This document shows, piece after piece, positions 11,906-24,070 of a stretch of DNA of 64,000 nucleotides. The position numbers and the translations under genes were made by a program. Numbering within the stretch: the stretch's first letter is position 1; each line of letters begins with the position of its first letter. This stretch comes from Octopus sinensis (taxonomy: Eukaryota): contig NC_042998.1 of the NCBI RefSeq assembly GCF_006345805.1, forward strand, positions 47,740,001 to 47,804,000, read 5' to 3'. The notes beneath the pieces are model-generated. The model saw nothing but the letters and a program-made list of their open reading frames with translations, had not been told where the DNA came from and did no database searches.

Positions 11906-14682
11906 CACACACATACACATGTATATGATTTCTACATAAATTATACTTTAATAAATGATGTGCCGAAAAAGCAGAAATATGCAAATCAAGCTATCTACTA
12001 CGGTACTGGCTTAACTTATGATTATTTTGTATCTTAATTGAATTCTCTTATGTTATTGATTAAGGTCACAGTCCAAGTAGGGCTTTCTCGTGGAGTCACC
12101 AAACTATAAGCAATCTATTAAGGGACCCACTTTATTTTCCACTCATTAAAAACATAGGAATGCTTTTGTTTATTTTTTCATTCTTGTTCGCCCACATTCA
12201 AGCGTTATATTTAAACTATTTCAGTTCATTTTATGCACGCCCTATTGTCCATATGTATATCGCTTAATTAATGATGACAAGTCAAAACACAAATACGCAA
12301 ATTAGCCAACCCCTATGGGGATAGCGTAATTCGTTAGTTTTTAAATTCTGATGAATATTTCATATTCATGATAGGAGGAGGAGGAGGAGGAAGCCGGATA
12401 CGTCTTTTCTAAAATGTGATCGACAAACCATGAAACGGTCCGTCAAGGTACGCTGTCATCTTTCTTTACACAGCAGATACATTGAAGAAATTTTTACATT
12501 GTAATTTCATGCACGGATTTGTCTTTAAATATTATATATATATATATGTGTGTGTCTGTGTATGATAATGATGAACGCGAACTATAATAGAAAAAAAAAA
12601 CATGGATTAATTAACTTCATCAGCCGATTTCTAGCCAGAATCATTACGATTTCGGTGCATAGAAGACGTAGATATTGCTCATCTGCAATGCACTTTCTTC
12701 CAACGCTCGAAAAATTCAACCAGCTTGCCGCCTAATAAATTTCAGTAATAATAGTTTCTGATTTAGGCACGAGGTTAGTAATTTTGAAGGAAGGTTGTTA
12801 GTCGATACCATGGACCCTAGTACCTGACTGGCACCTCATTTTATCGAGAAAAACGTAAGACAAAATTTTCCATGTCAGAACGTAAAGGGCTGGTATAAAT
12901 ACCACAAGCTGTTTTTTCAACACTCTAACGATTCAAGTGTTATTACAAGGATTTCAGTAATAACATCAATTATTATTTAGAATATGCATCAAAAAGCATG
13001 TCCAACTTAGTATATATGACTCTGTAGCAATAATGTATAGTTATTACACTTGCTCTTTTATTAATATCCATTATATTTGACTGGCTACTTTTGTTAAAGT
13101 CATATTCATCACAGTAGGTATATCAGTTATAAAACTGGCTTAAATTCTAGTTAGGTTATTCCGTGCAGTTTAAGCTTTTAATCGCGGTAAGCGGATGTAC
13201 CCCCACTAAAAATTTTATCTTCATTAACTGCAGAAAGCGATTTTACATTACTGCTTTGAAAAATAACTTCTTATGGTACGAGAAGTGACAACACCCTAGT
13301 GACACTTTTTACAAAACACAATTGTCCCGATTTTCCCCCACCACTACCACCACACATCATCATCATCCTCATATATTTCTTTATAGAGCAAGAATCATAC
13401 TTTTAGTGGTCGATATGAAAATCGTACGTAATGGAGGTAGTGGCAAAGTATTGCAGAAGCAGAAAATATCAATTCAATTTTTAGTGGTGGATATTAATAT
13501 CATTACGGGAATGACTACAAAATTTAATTACACAGTAAAAAAGGGGGCTGAGGTTAAGAGTACTGAAACAAAAGTGATTAAAACGATAAAAGAAAATGGA
13601 GTCGTTAACATTATGTATACAAAGCAGAATAGAAATTTAAAATGGTCTTTATTTCCAATTACATGGTAAATCTTAAAGCCTTTCGAATACAAACGAGATT
13701 TAAAATCCTTCAAAAATCGTGTTTATCATCTTCAATCCTGAATAAACCAAGCTAAATTATGTATTTGCACGGAGCTTAATGATCGTTGTCCATATTTATC
13801 GTCTGCCCGTAAACTACTGCTTTTGTATTTTCATTGTCGTCATCATCATCCAACAAATATCCGTCTTCTTCTGTTCCGTCTGTTGTATTCGAAATATCAC
13901 ATTTCTTGAATGAATTCAAAATAATGCTTAATTTCTTTTTCTTTCATGAATTAACAATTCATCTATAGCTCAGAAGCAGTTAGTGGGAGGTGCACATATT
14001 GCCTCCTTTCGTGTATGATGCTTGCTGATCATACATTCAGTTACTTCCTTTCATCCTCATCTCCTCCTCAAATGGCTCATAGACACCAGCATCTAATTGT
14101 TTGCAAAACTATTGTAAGTCAGCCACAAATTATCAGGATACCAGTGCTTTGTGTATTTATTTACTTTTCAGAGGTAACCTGAACCCGCTTCCGATGAACA
14201 AACTCTTACATCTTTCATCCATCAAGTTATATATTTGAAACGTTATCCATTTTTTTTAACGCACTTTTAATCGTAACCTAATGGTTATTAACTGTAACTG
14301 TACATAACTCAGTAACCGCTGAGAAATTCATTTCTTTAGCGTCAGTTAAGAACAGGTTTACCCTGCAATCTGCAAAATGTTCATTTGTTATTTGTGAGAA
14401 CCTTTGGTCGACTTTTACGCAAGACTCAATAAAAATTCCCAGATATTCAGATCCAAAAAGACGTTGGTTTTTGAAGAAGATCAACATTTTTTGAGTATGT
14501 AGTCTATATAATATACATGATTACAAACATTCACGTACATAAAATATTTCTCTATATTTATACATAAAACATATACATAATATATATATACACAAGATAC
14601 ATATATAGGGTAGCGAATATTCGTTTAAATATCACAACCAGTGGCCTAGCATGTATAAATAGTCAATAGACAACATATTCAT

Positions 14683-15027
14683 ATTTTAAAATAGTGTACA
14701 TTTAAACACAAAAGAAAACTACCCTTTAACAGGTAATAGCAGCCAACACGGCCAAAACAACGATTTATTAGCAATTTTCGAAGTAAATGAAAAATAAAAA
14801 CTTTTACCTTGTTATTTTTATTAGCAGTTATACCATGGTTTTGAATTTCTTTAGCAAGTAAGATTATTTGCCATCCTTTAATGGGTAATTTAGCAAAACA
14901 CTATTATCCACCAAGAAATTACTATTAAATCGTGATTTTGGTCGTGTTGGCTGCTATTTCTAGCATGTAAAAATTACCTGTTAAAGGGTAGTTTTCTTTT
15001 GTGTTTAAATGTACACTATTTTAAAAT
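14683..15027. repeat. fold-back element with a perfect 55-bp terminal inverted repeat plus ~40-bp imperfect inner arms
   Basis: 14683-14737 is the exact reverse complement of 14973-15027. 14735-14776 pairs imperfectly with ~14917-14958. Confidence 0.9.
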
Positions 15028-15029
15028 GC

Positions 15030-15068
<39 letters not shown>

Positions 15069-15864
15069 CACTCACTGGCTCTGTTACCCCCCTCTCTCTC
15101 TCTCTCACAGACACAAGGCGTAGTATAAAATCGGTTATAACCGGATTCTAAATTCAGAGAATTTGGATTTTCACAAGCTTGCTTCATATTTTTATGGTAC
15201 GATAAAGCGTGTTTAATCTGAGTTTAATAACAACACCAAACGTTCTCAATTTGGAATTAATGTTTCTTTTAGTAGAAATGGTTTACAAAGATTCCGCTGC
15301 ACTAATAACTCCCAACAGAAAGAGACATCATGAAATATTGATTACTTATACTGTCATTAAATAACAGATTCATGTAGTACTGAAAATAAACTGTATGACA
15401 CCCATGCCTTTCTCAAATACATTAGCGAATGTCAATGACGAGAAACAAAAATGAGAAGAATAAAAAAAGTGTCGACCTTTTTTTGTGTGTGTGCCAGAGA
15501 CGATAAGTCACTGGGAAAAAAAACGAATTCACACCTGTTTGTTTATGTCACATTCCAAGCGTTATATACGTTTTAATTACGACCACCCGTCAGGAATTAT
15601 CAATTACTAAAGAAGTATTATTTATTCATTCATGTATTTGTTTGTTTATTATTGAAAGCAATTTGCCTGAACAAGTTTCAAATTCAATTCAAACACTTCT
15701 GTACCCGTTCTAACCATATAGATGCACAAGTAGTTAAATTGTTCAGCTATCAGCTTATAGGTTGAGTTTTCAAAACCTACCGCAAGAATTGTTCCGCTTT
15801 GAGAGGAAAGGTAGTTGTATATACTTTGAATTTTACCTAATTAAAACAAAATGCTGCATTGATA

Positions 15865-15995
15865 TTCCTTTCTACTGTAGACACAAGGAGGAAGTCGAGT
15901 ACATCGATTCAAATGCGCAACTGGTACGTATTTTATCGATCTCAAAAAATTGAAAGGTAAAGTTGACCTCGGCGGAATTCGAACTCAGAATACTG
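15865..15995 (-). mobile_element. SINE family B fragment
   Basis: AAAGTTGACCTCGGCGGAATTCGAACTCAGAA. Confidence 0.7.
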
Positions 15996-16000
15996 ACAGT

Positions 16001-16255
16001 AGGAGGCACGTGGCTTAGTGGTTAGGGTGTCAGCACCATGATCGTAAGATTGTGGTTTCGATTCCTGGACCGGGTAACGCGTTGTGTTCTTGAGCAAAAC
16101 GCTTCATTTCACGTTGCTCCAGTTCACTCAGCTGGCAAAAATGAGTAACGCTGCGATGGACTGGCGTCCCGTCCAGTTGGGGAACACATACGCCATAGAA
16201 ACCGGAAACCTGTCCCATGAGCCTGGCTAGGCTTTAAAAGGGCGCATTTATTTAT
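16001..16255 (+). mobile_element. SINE family C (tail type 2)
   Basis: Same head and core as the 7036 copy but a different 3' part (GCGATGGACTGGCGTCCCGTCCAG...). Confidence 0.8.
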
Positions 16256-19200
16256 CTTATAATACTGACAACAACGTTTGTTTATTCCGTTTTGAATCTT
16301 ATTTTAACTGCAATTAACAGTCTTAATGTGCAATAAGACTTTTTTTTTTTGTTTTATGTCAAGATATGAAAAATATGCATCAGGTATCTAAATTGTGTTG
16401 ACGCTGTATTGGTCACTGAAGCATTTGACTTAGACCTAAGATAGAGATTGATTTGCAACACACAAGTCGCGGCTTTGATGTGTGAAATGATATTTGTTTT
16501 ACTAAGAAAACATTGCAAGTAAGAGATGTTGCTTCAACCATTAAAAGTTGTTGAAGATACTGTCAAGGCATCAGAAACGAAACAGAGAACAAAGAAAAAT
16601 TATTTCATATGATTTTCGTCTTTTACAACTGAAGTGAAAGGCAACAAGTGTCAGTCAGCCTCGGTAAAAATTAATAAAATTCCTGAATTTGATTAAATTT
16701 GTGGGTGAAACGCAAATTCAGACCCCTTTTCGGGAGAAAAAAAATAATCACAAAAGGAACACACGTTCCTCTGGATGAGCAAATTTATTCAATATACGAC
16801 TTGTTTTATTAAATTCAAAATTTTCATATAAAATACGATGGTAAATGCAACGTACAAAAAAGGATACAGAGTTTTATCTCATCTCCGAAAACTCTTAAAT
16901 CTCATTAAGTTGTCGAGCGTAACAAAACCAGTTTTCACAATGATCTCAGAAACATGACACATTCTGCAAAATCATTATGAAAACCAGTTTTGTCTTTCTT
17001 GATCCCCGATGCAAACCTCTAGTGTTCTGGTTACCAAATTTGGTTCTGAAGTGAAAAGAAAAGCAAAAGAAAAAAAATCGAAAAAATAATATATATTATA
17101 TAATTATGCTCTATGCGCCGGATTTCCAACGTAATTTCATACATATTACTCTGATTAGCACAAGGTCACAAACTTGTAGAAGACAATTGATCTCAGTAGA
17201 AGTTTGAAATTCATTAATATTGAAGGGATGCATCCCAAAGTCGGAGTCGATTCGATTTGTAACGAAAAAGTACGTCCATATTACTGCTAGATATTCCTTC
17301 TAGTACTCAGTGGTTTCTACAATTCCCATGGGATTTCTCCAAAACATATTATGCATTATTGAGCGGTTCCATCTAACAACCAAAACTATTTACTGTAACA
17401 AAACTTTACTATAATAAGTAACTGCTAGCACTAAGTCAGTAATTTGTAGAGGAGCGGGTTACTCGACTAAATCGACCTAGTATTTCACTGGGTAGATTTT
17501 TATCGACCCCAGAGGGATGAAAGTCAGGATTTGAATCTGGGATGTAAAGAGCTGATAAAAATTAAGTGGGAAGTTACAATATCAAAGACTTTTGTTAAGT
17601 AGATTAACCATGTAAAGGAATTTCAACAAACAAGAATAGTCCAGGTTACATTATTGCATAAAACCTTGGTTCAGTCCCAACATGAATGGAGCAAGCTCAT
17701 TTTGAAAGTATATATTTTATATTTATCCAGAAACGGACGACTGAACACCACTTTATAGAGGCAGCATGGAAAGCAGTTACCTGCTCTCTGCACTAGATTT
17801 ACCGTTCCTACAGTTAACAATAAATATAAAAGGAAGTTTTTTCCGTAAGCTAGTTAGTTTATATGCTACACCAAACAATAATAGTTCCACAGAGAGAAAC
17901 AGAGTAAATTAACCAATATTATGTAATAATATACAAAAAGAGGAATCTCATTTCGTTGGTTTATTTTCGATCTAAAAGGATACGATACAACATCTGTCAT
18001 TCCAGTTTTTCCAAGTGATGACAATTCCAGGGCTTGTATTTGTCTGAAACAATCGAAAATGAAAATATAATTTAGCCGTTACTATATCATTGAATTACAT
18101 TTTTCTTTCTTTACTCTTCTGATGTAAAATCTTTTCATTGTGTTAATTAAAATCTCCACAACAGAACGATACAACATCGTACAAAGAAAATAGTTGAGAA
18201 AGAAATATGAGACATGCATTATAAAAAGTCACTGGCAATTGTTATGGTTTCCTTATCATTATTATATATTTCGTGGTAGGGGTTTAAGTGTGGCTAAATT
18301 AAACAATAGATTAACATGTGACTTTAGGGTTTAAAGGAAACGGTCAACTAGTGCTGAAAGGAAAGAAGAGAAAGAGGCTGCGAACCACGAAAATTCTCGC
18401 AAACACACCCTACCACCCTTTCCCCAGTGTGCAAACTTGCTGAAGGACTTGGTAGTGTTGAGTAGGGAAAGAAATCTGAAGAACAATGCATTTTTATTAA
18501 GAAATCCAGGTCGGTGGTGGGGGTGAACATAGAGAGCCTCAGAATGTTTCATAAAAACATGAAATGCATAATAAACGAATGAACAATATTTACATACCGA
18601 GTTAAAATCTAGCCATTAGTCACATCTTCATTGCATGTGTGTGTGTGTGTGTGCTTGTTTTTGATTGACAAGTTCGCATTTACAAATTTAATGAGGATAC
18701 ATTCAGCCTTACTATCTAAATAGAACCTGTGGTCAAACTACAGGACTCTCAACAAGACTACACCCGAGAATAACTCGACTAGTTTCGCTTGATTAATATC
18801 AGCCTATCAATAAATGATGAATTTGAGTAGACACTCTTGATAAGAGAGCAGTAATCAGTCGAAACCAGCTGAGCTGTTCTCAGATTCTCCTGCATTTATC
18901 CATAAGTTTTATCCATAAATTCGAATTCGTCAACTTAACTGACAGAATTCGTCAGCTTGACTGACAGAATATATCCATCAAACATCTGCATATGAGCTTA
19001 TATGCAATTTACCCCCTCACACACCGTTACAGGAGTGTGTAAATGAGCGTGTGCTAGAGCTTCGATATATCTCGACAATGAACATGAATGAAATGATGAT
19101 GAAACTAAACTAATCGAGTCAGAGTTGATCTGCCCTTCCGATCTGAAACAGGTCTTATTTCAATAAGTTCTCTCTTTGCAAATCATAGCCAATGACCTGA

Positions 19201-19559
19201 AGGTTTTAAGCAATAGTATTATTTTATGTACAAAGTATATGTACATTATATTATGCAAACACTATTTCATATGTAAGAGCAAAGACAGACAATACTTCAT
19301 GCGTTTCGTAAGGTTGGGTGGGAGTCAATCTTTACTTCATGAAGCTATGTATAAAAACGTCCTATATTTACTGATTGAGAAGGCAATTTATTTTTTTAAA
19401 AACCCATCGTGTGGATGAGCCTATTATTATAAAACAGAAGTTTACATATTGAATATATCAGAAAGCTTTTTAGGTTAGGCAATATAGGGTATATAGAAGT
19501 ACATTATTAAAGATTATAGGGCCTTGCTTCGGTTGAGAGTAAACATGATAAATTTTGTC

Positions 19560-19800
19560 CTATTATACAACCCCATAAAGAAAAATATTCACAAACTCTG
19601 CACCTACTATTGAATTTTAACTAATTTCTTCAAAGCTGTACTTCGTGATTTAACCTCATCGCTCTTTAGCTTATAAACCAGCCCTTCCCTAAAAATCTGT
19701 TGTATGCCTGGTGAATATTCTTCACAACACATCGCAACACCTCCCTCGCTTAATTTCTCCCCTACATAACATAAGTCAATTACATTGTCTTTTAACATAT
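19560..19800 (-). pseudogene. highly decayed RTE-type LINE RT fragment
   Basis: VIDLCYVGEKLSEGG...IFLYG resembles the RTE pattern VDxFCYLGDxLSxGGG...MLYG. Confidence 0.45.
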
Positions 19801-20077
19801 ACGTCGTTCAAATTGTCTTTTAACATATACACACCATGGCCACAACTCGCAGGCTGAAACAGGTAACGAAATTATAATTGTCACGATTTTCTACAGGCCC
19901 TTATTAGTGTCTTCCTATAAATCAAAGTTACACACTCAGCTTCTCGCCGCCATATATCATTACATGGCTAACGTACACAGATTACAGTACTAACCTTGAG
20001 GACATTATTATTATGTATATAATCTAGACGTTTTCCAGCCGTCACAGACCGTAACTCTCTCTTTCTCTCTCATATTA

Positions 20078-20126
<49 letters not shown>

Positions 20127-20555
20127 ATATGTATATATATACAGTTCTTTACTGTAGATTTTCCTTAATTGTTCAAGTAATCTAAGCCAGATTTTCTCCT
20201 CCCGCTCAAGTCCGTTGTGTCAACAATATTCACAAAGCTACGGAGACAGTAGGCCAGTCTAAACAAATAGATCGGCAAAATGACATTTTAGAAGAAGGCA
20301 AGAATATATCACATAACTTTAATAAATAATCTTGCACTATATAACAGGAAGAGAATGAGAGAAAGAGGCTGAGTCAAAGTGATTATCGATATCGTTCAGA
20401 AGCGGCAAAGAAGCGCAGAAATAAGGGTGTATAACAGAAAAGTTGTTCGAGTATGTATTCAAAGCCAATCCGTTCCGTCTGCCAGCAAGTTTCTGATTTC
20501 AGTAAATGGCTTTTTATTAATGCACTAAGCGACATATTTATTTTATTTGGCTTAC

Positions 20556-20683
20556 CCCAGACACACCAAACATGCCTGACTTATAAACACACGGGGAATT
20601 CTGGAAATATTCACGATTAAAATAAATAAATATATCGCTGGATACACGAGACTAAGAGAGAGACAAAAATGGGAATTGTACAC
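20556..20683 (-). other. candidate 128-nt internal exon (probably non-coding or 5'UTR)
   Basis: Minus-strand acceptor TTATTTTCTCCAG|G and donor GGG|GTAAGC in non-repeat sequence. The open frame has no recognisable homology. Confidence 0.3.
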
Positions 20684-20914
20684 CTGGAGAAAATAATTGT
20701 TAATAGTGTCAGGGTGTCGTATCGGCACCGACAAACAAACAATATGCTTTGATGAAGTGAAGCTCAAAACCAGAAATTTGTTATTTTACTAAATCAAAGC
20801 CGAAAAAGAGCAACCTGTGATATTTTATAACTACCTTTCAACTGAGAAAAGGCATTTACTGTATCCCGATGATTCTTCCTATTTCGTTTTACTTTTAATA
20901 AACACTGGGCAATG

Positions 20915-21320
20915 CCTGGCCATGACTTTGTGTGGTAAGAAATTTGCTTCCCACGACAGGGTTCCGGATTCAATTCCACAACGTGGCACCTTGGACAAGT
21001 GTCTTTTATTAAGCCAACCTAAGCCTTGTGAGTGGATTTGGTAGATGGAAGCTAAAAGAAACCTGTTGTGTGTGTATGTGTATGAATTTATATGTGTAGG
21101 TTTTTATTAGTGTAAATGTATACATCTGTGTTTGTCCACCACTATCGCCGAGGACAACCTGTTTTGATTTGCTTATATCCGTTACTTAACGGTTCGGTAA
21201 AAGAGACCGACAAAGTAAGTACCGGGCTTCAGAAAAAAGTACTGGGGTCGATTAGTTCAAGTAAAACCCTTCGCGATGGTGCTCCGTGTGGTCGCAGGCC
21301 AATAACTCAATTAAGTACAA
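20915..21320 (+). mobile_element. SINE family A
   Basis: TGTGTGGTAAGAAATTTGCTTCCC...TGGCACCTTGGACAAGTG...AAGCCTTGTGAGTGGATTTGGTAGA. Confidence 0.8.
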
Positions 21321-21499
21321 AAAAAGTGTGGGTACTTCACCACTGATTCAAAACCGGCATTGATTTCCTGGCTAACCAAGCTTGAAATTGCATTAAACCA
21401 TGCAAGCCAATTTTATCGTGACTTCTTTTCATCTATAAGTAGCCAAGTGTACGGAAAGAAAAATAGCTGGCTCAACTTAAACCAGTATATTTTACTATT

Positions 21500-21850
21500 T
21501 ACTCTTTTACTTTTACTTGTGACCATGCTGGAGCACTGCCTTTAGTCAAGCAAATCGACTCCAGGACTTGTTCTTTGTAAGCCTAGTACCTATTCTATCG
21601 GTCTCTTGCCCAACCGCTAAGTTACAGGGACGTAAACACACGAGCATCGATTGTCAAGCGATGTTGGGGGGACAAACACACAAACACACACACATATATA
21701 TATATATATACGACGGGCTTCTTTTCAGTTTCTGTTTACGAAATCCACTTACAAGGCTTTGGTCGGCCTGAAGATATAGTAGAAGACACATGCCCAAGGT
21801 GCCACCCATGTGGTTGGTAAGCAAGCTACTTACCACACAGCCGTTCCTGG
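21500..21850 (-). mobile_element. SINE family A
   Basis: Near-identical to 1355-1748 with a small head deletion. Confidence 0.85.
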
Positions 21851-22237
21851 AGTATTTGCATGAAAATGTTTCCCTTTTTTAAATCTAAGTCTCTAAACGT
21901 GTGAATTAATAAATTCGCTGAAAAATCGTTTGAGCGCCAGACAAAATACTTAGCGACATTTTTTCTTTTTTTTTTTTTTTCTTGACTCTTTATGTTCAGA
22001 CTATGACCACCGGCGGCTCATATAAGATTTTGCTGTTAAAATCTATGTGCAATAAACTCCCTCTCCCTGCAATACACAAAATACTGTAACGTAGCAATTT
22101 TTTAAATACGATTCCAAATATTTAATCATAAAAACTTTAATGGGATTTTTGAAAAACATCGATTGAGTAGGGGGTCCAGTTTAGTAAAATAGGAATCAAA
22201 GGGGTCCGTAAGCAAACCACTGTCTTACAAGAAACAC

Positions 22238-22268
22238 CCGCACGTAGGTGGGCGGAGCATGATTGGAA
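22238..22268. promoter_or_regulatory. candidate proximal promoter: GC box plus CCAAT box
   Basis: TGGGCGGAG (22249-22257) followed by GATTGG (22261-22266) in CpG-retaining unique sequence. Confidence 0.3.
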
Positions 22269-23079
22269 GGGTTGGAGAGAGGCGACAAAGGGGTTTAATG
22301 AAAATATTTCTCCTTCAGACAAAGAGTGCATGCAGTGTACTCAGCGCATTTGTGAATGGCTTGAAAAAAGAGAAAGGAGAGCAAGGAGAAATCAAGTGCA
22401 AAGACGTGTAAGCAGTAGAGACGGGAAGTAATGCGTACTGGCGGTGCCAGGGAGGAGAGGAATGAGGGGGAGGAGCTGTCACTTATCCAAAATGTCAATG
22501 GTTAACATAGCATTGGCATAGGTCGGCTTTTCCTTAATGAAACAATGCTTTTCGAAGCACAGACACAAGGGATTGGCCAACAAAGTGAGAGACAGCTGGG
22601 AGTAAGTACAGCCGTTGGGAGAGCTAGCTGAATAAGAATGGATAAAATGGGCAGGCTTCTAGAGTGTGTTTTATAAAGAAGGCGAGGGAGACGGGGCAAA
22701 GATAAAGAAAGAAACGAAATAAGGAGAATGCTAACAAATTGAAAGGTTGAAAATGCAAGAGACAGATGGAGTGAGTAGTTGAGAAATGAATGAGATAGAG
22801 CAAAGCAGAAGGGCGGGCGGGGAGGGGAGTTGAGGCACGATGATTGAGAGGGAGACGGGTGATGGTGAGTGGAGCAAGAGAAATGAGGAGGGGAGGAGTT
22901 GTGAAGAAGAGTAACTGAGACAGAAAACAAAAGAGCACAAAGAGGCGGTGAGAGCAAGTGGTTAATATAGAAAGCATAACAAGAGGATAGTAAGAATGTG
23001 TCACCTAGTACACGGCGCTTATTGCATTTGGTACAGATTGAAGAGAACATCGGTACAGTGCAACAGCCCCGACTTACAC

Positions 23080-23117
<38 letters not shown>

Positions 23118-23278
23118 GCTTTGTTGAAATATATTTCCTTCCAATACAACTACACTTCACACAAAATATACTCTGCAAAACGGATATGCGTGCGCGTTAT
23201 CAGTACCAGTACAAATATATATATCATCGAGTTGGTGCTAGGACTGATGTCCACGTGGAACGCACACTCTATGCAATG

Positions 23279-23310
<32 letters not shown>

Positions 23311-23774
23311 TGTTGCGCGTTCAGGGACACATACCCCCAAGAAGCGGAATTAACAGTCTTACGATGACGGACAGTTTGGCGCTGCAAGTGTTATTATTTG
23401 GAATCCTTAGTTACGGCTATTTGCTTGCTTGAATAAATAGCCATCAGAGTTCTTTATATCACTTGCACTCTTTAGTCTTCAGTCTCTATCGTTGTACTGA
23501 GCCCCGGCTCAGCCTTGTGGAAGAAACTGACTTACAGTCAAAAGCATTGCAACGGTGACTTTTTCGTCAAAAGTATGTCAGGGGCTACAGTCTTCGATGC
23601 ATCGTTTATTTAAGATGATACGGTTATGCAATGAGGAAGACTTGGAGAGCAAACTTAATCTGTCGTCCGGCTCAACATCACCATTAACACATCGATCGGC
23701 CTCTGAGGGCTAGAGAGCTCACAAGTACAGCCTCCTCCGCCAGCCCAATGCAATAAAAAGATTTTTTTTTTAAT

Positions 23775-24070
23775 TCCGTGTGGTTAAGAAGTTTGCTTAT
23801 CAGACATGTGGCCTTGGGTTCAGTCCCAGTGCGTTGCACCTTGGGCACGTGATTTCTACTACAGCCTCGAGCAGACCAACGACTTGAGTGAATTTTGTAG
23901 ATAGAATCTGATAGGAGCCATCTGCGCGCGCGTGCGTGCGTGCGTGCATGTGTGTGTGTGTTCGTGGGTCCTACTGCTGCTTGACAAACGATGTTGGCTT
24001 GATTTGTTCTATGAAACCTTTGAAGGCGGTGCCCCTGCATGGTTGTAGTCCAATGAGTGAAACAAGAAAT
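23775..24070 (+). mobile_element. SINE family A
   Basis: GTGTGGTTAAGAAGTTTGCTT...GGGTTCAGTCCCAGTGCGTTGCACCTTGGGCA. Confidence 0.75.

Noticed and set aside
22502-23149. Longest ORF (215 aa, minus strand)
   Set aside because: Stop-poor pyrimidine-rich strand with S/L/P/F bias and a GA microsatellite. No recognisable domain.
23364-23432. Signal-peptide-like MTDSLALQVLLFGILSYGYLLA
   Set aside because: It stops immediately and has no convincing splice donor to continue it.
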